Origin: Podospora anserina
Taxonomy: Eukaryota
Length of the DNA: 64,000 nt
Direction of reading: 5' to 3'
NCBI GenBank assembly: GCA_017654855.1
Contig: CM030334.1
Span: forward strand, 2,790,001-2,854,000
Below, piece by piece: positions 1 to 11,317 of this stretch. A model generated the notes under the pieces. That model made no database searches. It worked only from the letters and a program-made list of their open reading frames with translations, and was not told the DNA's origin. Position 1 is the first letter of the stretch. Every line of letters starts with the position of its first letter. The position numbers and the translations under genes are program-made.

Positions 1-1177
1 CTAGATGCTTTGACATATCATGATGAATTGTCTGATCGACTCCGTTCTTTGGTTTGTTTCCTCTCCCCTCCCCCTTTTGCAGCGACAATATCATCTAACT
101 TTTTTTTGTTTTTGTTTGTGTGAATCTGCAGGCTCAATCAGGCGACTTCCCCCACCTCCTCTTCTACGGCCCTTCCGGAGCAGGCAAAAAGACTCGCATC
201 GTCGCGACGCTCAAGGAGCTGTACGGCCCCGGTGTGGAAAAGATCAAGATTGACGCGCGGGTCTTCCAAACGAGCTCGAACAGGAAGCTCGAGTTTAACA
301 TCGTCGCGAGCGTGTACCACCTCGAGATCACGCCGTCGGACGTGGGGAATTATGACAGGGTGGTGGTTCAGGACTTGCTGAAGGAGGTGGCGCAGACGCA
401 GCAGGTTGATCAGAGCGCGAGGCAAAGGTTCAAGGTTGTGGTGATTAATGAGGCGGATCACTTGACGAGGGACGCGCAGGCTGCGCTGAGGAGGACGATG
501 GAGAAGTATAGTCCGAATTTGAGGCTGATCTTGGTTGGGGAGAGCACGGCGGGGATTATTGCTCCGATTAGGAGTCGGTGTTTGCTTGTTAGGGTTGCGA
601 GGCCGACGGTGGGGGAGGTGGAAGGGGTGTTGAGGGGGAGTTGTGAGAGGGAGGGGTGGGAGGTGAGGGAGGGGTTGGTGGGGAGGGTTGCGAGGGAGAG
701 CGGGAGGAATTTGAGGAGGGCGTTGTTGATGTTGGAGGGGGTTTATGCGCAGAAGTGAGTTCTTTTTTTCGGGGGGGAGGGGGGCGAGATATAAGGGGTG
801 GATTGGGGAGCTGACAAGAGAAAAACAGTGAGAAAGTGACGGACGACACACCGATCCCGCCCCCGGATTGGGAGGGACTGATTGAGCAGATTGCGCAGGA
901 GATCATGGCTGAGCATACCTCCGCGAGGATCCTGCAGGTGAGGAGCAAGCTTTATGACTTGCTCACGCACTGCATCCCGCCGACGACCATCTTGAAGACG
1001 TTGACGTTTAAGCTGATGCCGCTGATTGATGATGATTTGAAGCCGGAGGTGATCAAGTGGAGTGCGTTTTATGAGCACAGGATAAAGACGGGGACAAAGG
1101 TGATTTTTCACTTGGAGGCGTTTGTGGCCAAGTTTATGAGGATATTGGAGATGTATTTGATGAGTATGGATATGTAG
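1..1177 (+). CDS. RFC5: Replication factor C subunit 5 (5' end outside window); exons <1-51, 132-754, 829-1177
   Basis: LDALTYH..., Walker A YGPSGAGKKT, degenerate Walker B VVVINEAD, SRC motif (IRSRC), C-terminal HLEAFVAKFM. GT-AG introns at 52-131 and 755-828 join the frames. Confidence 0.95.
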
Positions 1178-2267
1178 GGGGGTGATGCAGGGAAGAGGAC
1201 AAGAGCAGAGGGAGTTTGGCGTCTTAGGAGTGTATAATTGGGGCATGCCTGAGCTCAGAGACAGCCAGGCAGTCAGTTTACAAGTTAATACTCATTTGGA
1301 GCATCTTTGAGATACGTTGCTGGTGGTGTTGTGATAGCTGATGGAGGTGAGGCTTTAAGATCCAAGGAGGCATTCGATAACATAATATTGACAAATGGAT
1401 TGGTTAAGAACAAGGCGGCGGTGGTCTTCGTGGCATCATTGCCGGCTAATTGAATTGCTATGGCGACGGTATGGGGTTGATGAGATTCAGGTTGACCAAG
1501 ATGGGCTTTTTCTCGCTCTTCAAGATAATCTCACAACTCTGATACAAAATAGAGCATCCAATTCCAATATCACCATCTCTTGTACCTCCAAGAGCAGCAT
1601 CATCATCATCATCCATCTCCAACTCTCCCAACCCTGACCTTGAACTTGCAAAGACCAGACCCCACATTGTTCTCGGCCCCCGGGCAGCAGGCGGGCTGGC
1701 CCTTGCGTTAGCTTGTGAAGTCTGATTGGCCAGATGCTGACAAAGAGTGGGGTCGAATCGGTTTGGCATGCATCATTGCCGTGTGCCAAAGCGAACAAGG
1801 GTGGGTGGGTAAGTGTGCATTTCCAATTGTTCCCCCAATTCAGCCAGAAAACGCGTTTCGTGTCCTCTTTGAATGGTGAGGAAGTGTATTACGGCAAAGA
1901 CTCTAACCACTTGTACACACACCACGAAAAGGGCATCACTCCCACAGCGAACACCCGATAACGACGGAGCGAGTTGGTTTGCGCCGCAGTCGGTTTGAGA
2001 AAACTTCCGAAGTTCCGGAAGAACAGGTGGTTGGATTTTAGGGAGCTGGGGAACCGAACCTGCTACGAAGAAGGGGCGACGAACGAACGAAACAGGAGAT
2101 CGATCAACGATAACGCAAAACGAAGACGAGAGAAGACGAGAGAAGACGACCAAACAGCGGCAGGGCTGATAACAACAGTGTTGATAGTTGGGAAATTGAT
2201 CGGGGATTGTTGTTGAAAAGAGAGACGGGCACGCCCCCGGAGAAGCTAGGATTGAGCTCCCTTCGCG

Positions 2268-3122
2268 ATGTCGCTCAACATCTTTCGCGTGCTGGGTATG
2301 CATACCCTTCCGAGTAGTCGTCGGCTAGAGGGAGAAGGAACACCCGGGCTAATAATGCGATGTGCTTTCACAGGAGATTTCTCCCATCTCGCCTCCATTT
2401 TCATCTTGCTGCACAAGATCCAGCAGTTGAAGGTATGCTCCCCCCCCCCGGGTCATTGACAGTGACGATAGGTGGTGTGGCTGATATTGGAAACAGAGCT
2501 GCTCGGGTATTTCTTTCAAGTCGCAGGTTCTTTACATGCTGGTTTACATTACTCGATATCTCGGTATGTCTCCCCTCCTTTTCCCGTTTCCACCTTGGGG
2601 GGATAATGTTGACTGATAGATGGCGCAGACCTCCCCTGGACCTCCTCCCCTTACAACTTCATCTTCAAAGTCCTCTTCATCTCCTCAGAGCTCTACATAA
2701 TCTACCTCATGGCCCGGGCCTACAAGCCCACCAACGACCCCAACCTCGACACGTTCCACGTCGAGTTCCTCCTCGGCTTCGCCGGCCTGCTCGCGCTCTT
2801 GTTTCCGTACAAGTACACGATCCTCGAGGTGTTTTGGGCGTTTTCCATCTGGCTCGAGTCGGTGGCGATCCTGCCGCAGCTGTTCATGCTGCAGCGGACG
2901 GGGGAGGCGGAGGCCATGACGGCGCATTATATTGCGGCGCTGGGGATGTACAGGGCGCTGTATATCCCGAACTGGATCTATCGGTACTTTAGCGAGCCGA
3001 CGCACAAAGTGGACACGATCGCGGTGACGGCGGGGATTTTGCAGACGATTTTGTATAGTGATTTCTTTTGGATTTATTATACCAAGGTTATGAGGGGGGA
3101 GAAGTTTAAGTTGCCTGTTTAG
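2268..3122 (+). CDS. ERD2: ER lumen protein-retaining (HDEL) receptor, multi-exon
   Basis: MSLNIFRVLGDFSHLASI, SCSGISFKSQ, FSIWLESVAILPQLFMLQRTGEAE, YRALYIPNWIYRY, QTILYSDFF; three GT-AG introns in the 5' half. Confidence 0.95.
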
Positions 3123-4514
3123 GGCCAGCAATAACCGAGGATATGATGGAGGGGATTGCAGGAGGGGGCGAAAGAGACAAGTTGGGGGTGATGGCAAGAG
3201 GGAAAGTTAACGAGAGGAGGATAAGAAAAATGCAATGGCCTATGAGATACGGACACTTGGGTGGGCGGGCTGGCGTTAGGCGGGGGCGGGGGGAAGAAAG
3301 TGTGGTTGTTTTTTTTACGTGTATGGGGTGTAATTCAAATGCTGGTTGGTTTTAAGGATAACGGGAATGACTGACAAGCGGCCGGCGTGTTGTGTGGTCG
3401 ACAAGTATGAATATCCTTTTTTGCTTTTTCACATTGTATATAACAGTAGGGGTATATTGCGGGCAGGTGGTCAAGGGACCGAGACTTAAAATGGAAAAGC
3501 TGACTGGTTTGGGAAGAGGAGAGTGATATATGGGTGTGTTCGAGAACAAACCGGGTAGTGCAAATGCCGATGGTGGTGGTCTTTGGTTCGCATGATGGTG
3601 GTTGGTGGTTGGTGGTGGTGGTGGTGGGGGAACCGAACCCCTGGGCCAAGAATGGGGTGTTGGTGGGTGAGGAGGTTGTTACCAGGTTGGTTTATGGATG
3701 TGCCGTGTGGTTGAGACGAGGAGGGCTTGGTAGAAGTGTCCTTGGGTGCTGGAAGATGAAGGATCTCGGTGCGAATTAGAAACCTCTTTCATGGCTACCC
3801 AGCACGGACTAGACTGCAAATGTTACAATCCTGATGAACTTGGCTCGGTGGGTGATGATGGTTTGGAAGTCTAGACATGGCCAGCATGCCATCTCGTCTT
3901 GTTGACCAAAAACCAGGGCATGAAGACAATTTTCTGGTAGCTGTTGAAGCACGGGGCAATATCTGAGACGTTGAAGCTCTTCCTCCCCCTGCATTGAGGG
4001 TCTGTGCGTGAGCTCGCTCCGGGTCACACCCGCCCCGAGGTGAGATCTGCGACTTCGAGGCTGCTGCCGCCAAGCTCTTTTGGCGTGTTGTAAGTCAACC
4101 GAGCTGGGAAGCTTCATCACGTCACATTTGCTTTGCTTGGGGTGAGTGAGGCATGAAGTTTTATCACTGCCCACCCACCCCTCCTCGCGGGTTTGGAGAT
4201 TTTCTCTTTTCTTCCATTTTGCCTGAGTTGTGATCTTGGAGTTAGGCTGAATAATGATGGTCGACGACGAGATTTGCTGAAGTTGTTTCTGTTCTATTCT
4301 CATACCCGCCGGCGCGGTAGATTTTATACGTTCTTTTATACTGCAACAATTTTTTATTCTACAGGGGTTTTGTTTCTTGTTGATATAGATAGGTACCCGT
4401 CCCGCTACTTTCATTTAGCCAGACTGGATTTTGGCCATTCATTCTTTACACAACGACAAACGACACGAAACAAAACATTCGACGGGAACGGGAGAGAAAG
4501 AGAGGCAGAAGGAG

Positions 4515-6014
4515 ATGGCTAAATCACGTCCACCAACAACCGGGTCACTCTCCCAATATCTGTTTCTCGCCCTTGGGGTATTATCAACAGCCACCCTCGC
4601 CGCCCCTCCCGCCCTCCCGCCAATACCGACCATAACCCCCCCACCAACCCTCCTTGTCCCCCGCCAAAACGACCCCCAAATCCAATCCCTCTCCCAACAA
4701 CTCTCCGCCCTATCCCAATCCTCCCGCGAAATCTCCCAATCGTCCCAACAACTCTCCATTACGTCAGCCCAGCTGCTAAACTCAGTCCAGCAGCTCTCCT
4801 CCCGTCTCACCCAAACAGAACAGTCGGTCAATGCGCTCCGGCAGTCGGTGAACAACGCCGAGCAAGCCTCCCGCTCGTTATCACAGCAGGTAGCTGAGGT
4901 TTCGCGAAGCGCAGACCGCCAGATGAGTGAGCGGCTGCAGAGGGCGAGCATGACGATGGTGGAGAATATGAGCGCCATGTCGGTTCAGATGGAGAGCAGT
5001 TTCTCCCGGAGGCTGGCGCAAGCGTCTAGGAGCGCGGTTGCTTTGGCGCAGGGACGGGTTGTGCAGGAGGGGGAGGATAGGGGGTTGGAGACTGGGTCTG
5101 GGGTTCCCACCTCAACAGCGGTGCCGGAACCGGTGCAAGGGATGAGAACGGAGGTTGTGATTGGGGCTGTGGTTGGGGGGGTGTTGGGGTCGATGGTGTT
5201 GAGTGTGGTGGGGGTGTTTTTTGGGTTGAAGATACGGCAGCGACAGCAGAAGCAGGGGAGGTTGGGGCCCGGGATTGGGAGTGATGCTTTTTTTACCGGG
5301 GGGGGAGGGGGGAAGATCAAAGGGGGAAGTCCGAATATTGGCGCGCCGGTGCTGCAGTCTACGTCGAATAAGGCGTATGCTAGTGTGGGTTTGGGGCCGG
5401 GGGGATTTCAGGTTGGGGGGGAGAACAAGGAGAAGGATGTGGGAAAGAGGGTCAGTGATGTCAGTAGTGTCTACTCTTCTGACTTGGACGACGACGAAAA
5501 GGGGCTGCTTAAACAGCAGCAGCAGCCGTCACCTGCTACACTGGCAAGAAACGCGCCGGATCTGAGGAGGATGGTTTTGGAAAGGTCGGGGACTACCATC
5601 TCGAGAAAGTCGGTCGGGGGTCCAAAGGTTGGGTTCGCGATGAGTTATTACTCCCCTGACTCGACGACGATGCCACCACCTCCAAAGGCGGTCGGGACGG
5701 GGGTGATCAAGAAGGCAGGGGGGCATAATGATAATGATAATAATTCTGTGATGAAGGTTATGACGCCTACGGCAACGACGATTGTCAAGACGGGGGGGAA
5801 CAAGACGAGGCAGATGATGAAGGGGTTTCAACTGAGTCAGCCGCCGCCGGGGAAGCTGAGTTTGTTCCCGAGGAGTGATGGGGGGAGTAGTGGGGGGAGT
5901 AGTCCTGTGGATGAAGAGGAAGGGAAGGGGACGCCGAAGAGGTTAGAGAGCTGGTTGAGGAGGGAGAGGGGGGTTGTTAGTCCGTTTGCTACGGCTGCTC
6001 CGGGGAAGAAGTGA
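4515..6014 (+). CDS. Hypothetical type I membrane protein: signal peptide, S/Q-rich extracellular coiled coil, single TM, disordered tail
   Basis: Long ORF, likely ATG at 4515 (MAKSRPP). Hydrophobic N-terminus YLFLALGVLSTATLA, heptad-like LSQQLSALSQSS region, TM VVIGAVVGGVLGSMVLSVVGVFFGL followed by KIRQR. Confidence 0.75.
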   Translation: MAKSRPPTTGSLSQYLFLALGVLSTATLAAPPALPPIPTITPPPTLLVPRQNDPQIQSLSQQLSALSQSSREISQSSQQLSITSAQLLNSVQQLSSRLTQTEQSVNALRQSVNNAEQASRSLSQQVAEVSRSADRQMSERLQRASMTMVENMSAMSVQMESSFSRRLAQASRSAVALAQGRVVQEGEDRGLETGSGVPTSTAVPEPVQGMRTEVVIGAVVGGVLGSMVLSVVGVFFGLKIRQRQQKQGRLGPGIGSDAFFTGGGGGKIKGGSPNIGAPVLQSTSNKAYASVGLGPGGFQVGGENKEKDVGKRVSDVSSVYSSDLDDDEKGLLKQQQQPSPATLARNAPDLRRMVLERSGTTISRKSVGGPKVGFAMSYYSPDSTTMPPPPKAVGTGVIKKAGGHNDNDNNSVMKVMTPTATTIVKTGGNKTRQMMKGFQLSQPPPGKLSLFPRSDGGSSGGSSPVDEEEGKGTPKRLESWLRRERGVVSPFATAAPGKK

Positions 6015-7683
6015 GGGGGTTTTTGGTATTTAAGCGAGCGAGTAATTTATAGTGTCATGAATTATGAAGACTATTTCATCTTGCGTGCCCAGGGTTTCCT
6101 GTTGTTGTTTTTTTTAAAAAAAATTTTAATTTTTGTTTATTTTGTGTTTTTTTATTTTTTATTTTTTCCTCAAATTGTTATGAAGACTATTCAAAGTATT
6201 GGCTGATTTTGAGGGGATGGGCTTGTAGATGGTGAGCTGGAGTGTTAGTAGTGTCAAGAGGAGGGAAAGTAAACAAACCCCCTGGATTGTGGCAGGCCAA
6301 CCAACGATGATCTGCAGAGAGATCTCTTGGCGTGGAGGACCCACCACTGAAGCTTGTCGTCCCCAGACCTTGGCATTTTGAATTATCCTCTGTGTGACGA
6401 CGTGGAGGCAAGGATTCTTTGACGATTCAGAGAGACCATGATTGACTTCACGAATCGCTGCCAAAAAAAATAATAAAAACAACATCGCTGGTATCTGTCT
6501 TCCAAGGGCCACACACATGTAATGTATAAATGAACCACCTCTATCCAAAACATCCTACCTGGGCCCGCAAAGCAGCAGGTAATTCACTCTTGACATTCTT
6601 CACACCCCCATCTTCCAATTATTTTTCGCTGTTCCTTTCACCTTTGTCCCCGGGGGGTGCTCCCGCGTACCTTGGTGAGCTAATGTGATCCGGGCCCGCC
6701 CACATCCCGAACAAAACCGGACCATGGTCCGATGACGACTCCCCTCCCCTCCGCTCCGAAAGGAAAAAAAAAGAAGCATTCTTCCTTTTCGGAGAGCCTC
6801 TCCCCGTTCGTCTGTCTGTCCCCACAAGCTTGCGCGGTCTTGCGTCTTTCTACAACGGCGGCGGAGAAGCAGAGTGGGGACTTGCTTTTGCTAGTGGAAA
6901 GCTTGATTTGTCGTCTTCGCGTTCAGGGTCGTTCTATCTGAGGGTTTTTGAAGAGGCAGGGGGGTGTCGTGTGAGGTGATAAAAACTGCTCCCGGGAAGG
7001 GGACGGTTTGGGTTAGAGGAGGAGGAAAAGAGGTGGGATAGGTGTGGGGTGGTTGGTGATGGATGGGCTGGTGGTGAGGAGAGAGAGAGTGACGATTTTC
7101 TGAGACTTGGGGATTGAGTTTGATAGTTTGACCTGTTCTCCGGGACAGGCTAGCCGTTAGAGCGTGGGTTCCTGGGCTGCGTCCTCGGGTTTTGATCTGT
7201 TCTTCCTCTTATAGCTCAACGTTAGGCTCTGCTAGAGAAGCGCTCTGGAAGAGCCTACTGAGGCTCATCGCCTCGCAACTGCACTGACTCCCGCAGCTCT
7301 GATCAACCGCAAGGTTGACCCCCCCACCCAATGCTCACGTAGGGCAGCTCCGCCCGACACTGGGTCCCTGAGCTGCAAAACCCGGACATCTGGGAAGTTC
7401 CTGGCTGGGAGATGTCGGAGCAGACGGGAACTTTGGGGCCTAGAGAGATATCTTGACGACCATGCGGGGAACCAGAGGTTTCATCACTCGTGTGCTCTTA
7501 CGCGTGTGGTTTCGCTGCGATGTGTCTCTGATGTTTAGTCTATATCCCCCACTGCATGGTCCTGCGCCGATTATCCTTTATGTTGACTCGCTGTTCCTCT
7601 CTACTTTCCCATCCCGAGTTTTTCTTCTCTATAGCTCTTTGTTTCATTAGTTTGTACTGTGATAGACACCAGACCAGCACGTC

Positions 7684-8661
7684 ATGAAATCTTCTCTTTA
7701 TCCTCCCGTATCTTTACCGAATCTATTGCTGGCCATTGTGCTCGTGGTAACGTCCTTCGTCCTCCTCTCGGCGACGATTCACCGGTCTTCCTACCTCCCT
7801 TCCGTTCCCTCTGTCGAGCCGCCCCCAGAGCGAGCATGGCCGATGGTATGGGCCTCCTACAGCAATGAACCCCCCGAACCAAAGTACTTCCAGGAAGCTG
7901 GCAACACCCTAGAAATGTCCCACTACGACATCCGCTTCTTCCAGGGCGTGATTCCGTATTCTCAACATCGTGAGGTCCTCCAGCACCTCATCCGATCATA
8001 CCTCTCCATCATGGCCTCCCTCAAGATGGAGACCTGGATCGCACATGGCACATTGCTTGGGTGGTGGTGGAATGGCCGGATCATGCCCTGGGACTATGAC
8101 CTCGACGTCCAGGTCAGCCTCCACACGATGGAGCACATGGCCAAGCAGTTCAACCAGACGCTGCATGAGTGGAGGTACACCACCGATGAGGGAGGGGAGG
8201 GTGTGCATGAAATCAAGAAGACGTATCTGTTGGACGTGAACCCAAACTACTCGGAAATGAAGAGGAGACAGGGAATGAACGTGATTGATGCCAGATGGGT
8301 TGATGTTGACACGGGCATGTTTGTGGATATCACTGCGCTAGCCGAGAGAAATCCAGTGTTGGAACCGGGGATTTGGAGCTGCAAGAACTTCCATCAGTAT
8401 AGGACGCATAATATCTGGCCGCTGAAGGAGACAAGGTTTGAGGGGGTTAAGGCAAAGGTGCCTCTTGATCACGAGAGAATTTTGGTGGCGGAGTATGGGG
8501 AGAAGAGCTTGGTGTTGACCGAGTGGGAAGGGTAAGCTTGATCTCGAGGGATTCCCTAGGACAAAGCTGACATTCAACGCAGACACCGCTGGAGTGAGGA
8601 ATTGAAGGAGTGGGTGAGGATATCAGTGAATGATACGGTGAACAGCTATGGATCTGGGTAG
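7684..8661 (+). CDS. LicD-family (Mnn4/fukutin-like) phosphotransferase; exons 7684-8531, 8583-8661
   Basis: N-terminal TM anchor; HYDIRFF; TWIAHGTLLGWWWNGRIMPWDYDLDVQV; NVIDARWVDVDTGMFVDITAL. The intron at 8532-8582 restores GHRW...W. Confidence 0.88.
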
Positions 8662-8854
8662 AAGTGAAGTGAGGAAACAGTTTGGATTTGATGCCTTGGA
8701 TATGTGACTTGTTTGACAGGCGCTAGGCGTTGGGCGTTTGCTTGGATACCACGTGACGAGGGCAAGAGGCTGGCTTTTCGCCAAAGTTGGAAGAGATTTC
8801 TTGGGCAGGTGAAGAACGAAGATTGATACGTACTTGAAATCTGGGCCCCGCAGG

Positions 8855-8913
8855 GTGAACATCTGGAGTGAACATCTGGAGTGAACATCTGGAGTGAATA
8901 TCAGGAGTGAATC
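8855..8913. repeat. 13-bp tandem repeat GTGAACATCTGGA x3 plus 1.5 degenerate copies
   Basis: Units read directly at 8855, 8868, 8881, 8894 (GTGAATATCAGGA) and a partial at 8907. Confidence 0.9.
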
Positions 8914-9570
8914 GCAGCCCCTTGATTTCCTCTCCCTCCCAGCCCCCCCCCTATCAACCTCCCAACCTCCCCTGGAGCAACAATCTCATCAAGAAAAGTC
9001 TTTGCAATGATAGAGCACTATATACTAGATTGAGTCGCTCCTAGGTGGGTCTTCTACTTTGTAATCTGAGGTTGCAGGGCTCCTCGAGTGGAGAAAAGTG
9101 CCCCTTTCTTACCTTTCACCTCATCACTAGTGCCTTCCTCTCCTGCTTCTGACCACCTGCCTCAGGTGGAGTTTCCCATACTCACTCCTGCCTAATATTC
9201 AGGAGACAAAGAACAGCCAGTTCATCAGATAAGGCAATCAGGCCCACAATTACCTCAAGTCGCTGCAGCCAGCCGACGGCTCCCCAACTCGAGTATATGT
9301 TCTACACCTCTGTTCCCCGAACCTCCTCCTTCTTTCTTACCTCGGGCATCCCTCTCACAATCAGTCAGCTCTCGAGAGACAGATAGCCCGGTCAACAGCT
9401 TTTATCGCTTACTTCTCGTTCCACCATCTCCTCACACATCTCCTCCTCTTACACCTTGTTCACCTTCGACACTCAATTCTTCGGCATTCCAGTCACTCCC
9501 GTCGACCTTTTATCCATCAACCATCATCTAATTCCATCAAAGAGTCGACAGTCGATAGTAAATAGTCAAC

Positions 9571-10837
9571 ATGGTCGGCAACAAGATTCGCTGCGAGAAC
9601 GGCGGCGAGTGGAAGGCCAGAGAGAAGTTTTCCCACAGTGCCCTTCGCAAGTACCAGAAGAAGTTGGGCAACGGCATTGCCACCCCTGCCCAGTCGACTA
9701 TCTCGTGTCTCGAGCACAGCTCTGGCAACAAGGCGCCCGAGATGAAGTGTGAGGGACCCTGTGATCGCTGGCGTGAGCTGGACTTTTTCAGCAAGTCCAC
9801 CCGCCGCAACAAAGTCTACGTATGTATTCACCGTCCATGGTTTTTTTTTTTTGGGGGGGGGGGGGGGGGGGAAGGGAATTCAAATACTGACCATCATCAG
9901 TGGTGCAAGGACTGCGTTGACTGGGCTGAGAAGACCGAGGTTGGCGAAGCGCTTCCTCCTCCCGGCGAGAGAATCTGTGAGGAAGAGTTTGAGACTCTCA
10001 AGATGAGGGTTGCCGACTTCGTGCTGAATGAGGATTACGAGAACGGCATTCCGGAGGGGAATGACTCGGGCCCGGCTACTACGGTCAGCATCAATGATTT
10101 CGACGATGACTACGAGGAAGTGTTCACTCTTCTGCCTCCCGGTGCTGAGGCTACCACCGTGACCGACTCCATTGCCAGTCCAGAGGATACCGATGTGTCA
10201 ATCGAGACACCTGGCGCTGCTGCTACTTCGACTGAGCCTATGGCACCAGCTCCTCGCGCCCCCCACTGGTTTTTGGGATTTATGAACAACGACTCTCCGA
10301 GCACCTCCTCCACCACGCCTACCACTCTTGACACTCTCGATACCCTTGACCTTCTTGACAGTCTTGACACACCCGATGAGTCGATCTCCGAGCTTTCCAT
10401 CACTGCTGGCTCCCAGCCTCACACTCGGACGACCACCACGGCTGCCGACACAAATGCCTCAGCCACTCCTGGCCAGACCGGTGCAGTCTCGTTCAACGCC
10501 TGGAGCCCAGAGGGCAATTTCGAGCGCATGATCAAGGAGCCCACCATCGCGACTGAGGAGAGCGGCTGGAAGACGGTGACCCGCACGGCCAAGGGACCTC
10601 GCATGGTTACCGTTCGTCCTCGCGGCAAGAAGGAGAAGGACGAGGTGAAGGTCGGCAAGCACGGATGGGTCAAAGTTGTAAGTATTCTGATTGATGTCCT
10701 GTTGGTAAGCTATTGGCTAACATTTACCTTCGCAGAGCAATCGCCGGACTACGCCACAGCTGCCTAACTATATCCTGGCGAACTGTGTTCGCGGCGAGGA
10801 AGATTTCGTGGGTGACATCATCCCCGATGAGCTTTAA
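9571..10837 (+). CDS. Stc1-domain (tandem zinc finger) protein; exons 9571-9819, 9901-10677, 10736-10837
   Basis: IRCENGGEWK..EKFS..LRKY...ISCLEH...MKCEGPCDRWRELDFFSKSTRR...WCKDCVDW matches the Stc1 domain pattern. Acidic/S-T-rich middle region; GTATGT and GTAAGT donors. Confidence 0.8.
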
Positions 10838-11181
10838 GGGCCTATTTTCACGGAGGAGCCGATTTTAGCAAGGGTTTTGGGTTTTTTTTATGGTTCTACG
10901 GCTTTTTATGGTTTTACGGTTTTGCGGTCTGCATTTTCTTTTCTTTTCTTGACATTACGCACAAATACACGATGATGGGCGGACGACAGCACGAAACTAT
11001 GCAGCGGACGATAATACGACATTATGAGCGGGGAAAATTACATAGCAATTCGGTAGTTGATGGGTTTGCGGAGAAATGCGATGACTTTTATTATATTCTA
11101 TGCATCGTTTGAGTGACTGGTATTGTGCTACTAGTGTTTGATGGACATCTGACGGAAAAGGGATGACTGTGATAAATTATG

Positions 11182-11317
11182 AAGGCCTTGAAAGACAGTT
11201 AAAAAAAGCCATGAAAGATAGTTGAAAGGTGGTAAAAGATAGTTGAAAGGTATCAAAACATAATCGAGAGGCATTAAAAAGATGATCGAAGGGATTTCTA
11301 CTATCTTTCAAGGCCTT
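11182..11317. repeat. Foldback element: 18-bp imperfect terminal inverted repeat enclosing degenerate ~21-bp tandem units
   Basis: AAGGCCTTGAAAGACAGT (11182-11199) vs ACTATCTTTCAAGGCCTT (11300-11317), 1 mismatch. Internal AAAGATAGTTGAAAGGT occurs twice. Confidence 0.7.

Noticed and set aside
138-1246. Long antisense Pro/His-rich ORFs over RFC5 (and similar shadows over other genes)
   Set aside because: Shadows of G-rich coding sequence on the opposite strand.
8855-11317. CRISPR-like arrays
   Set aside because: Repeats are head-to-tail without unique spacers; eukaryotic context and no cas genes.
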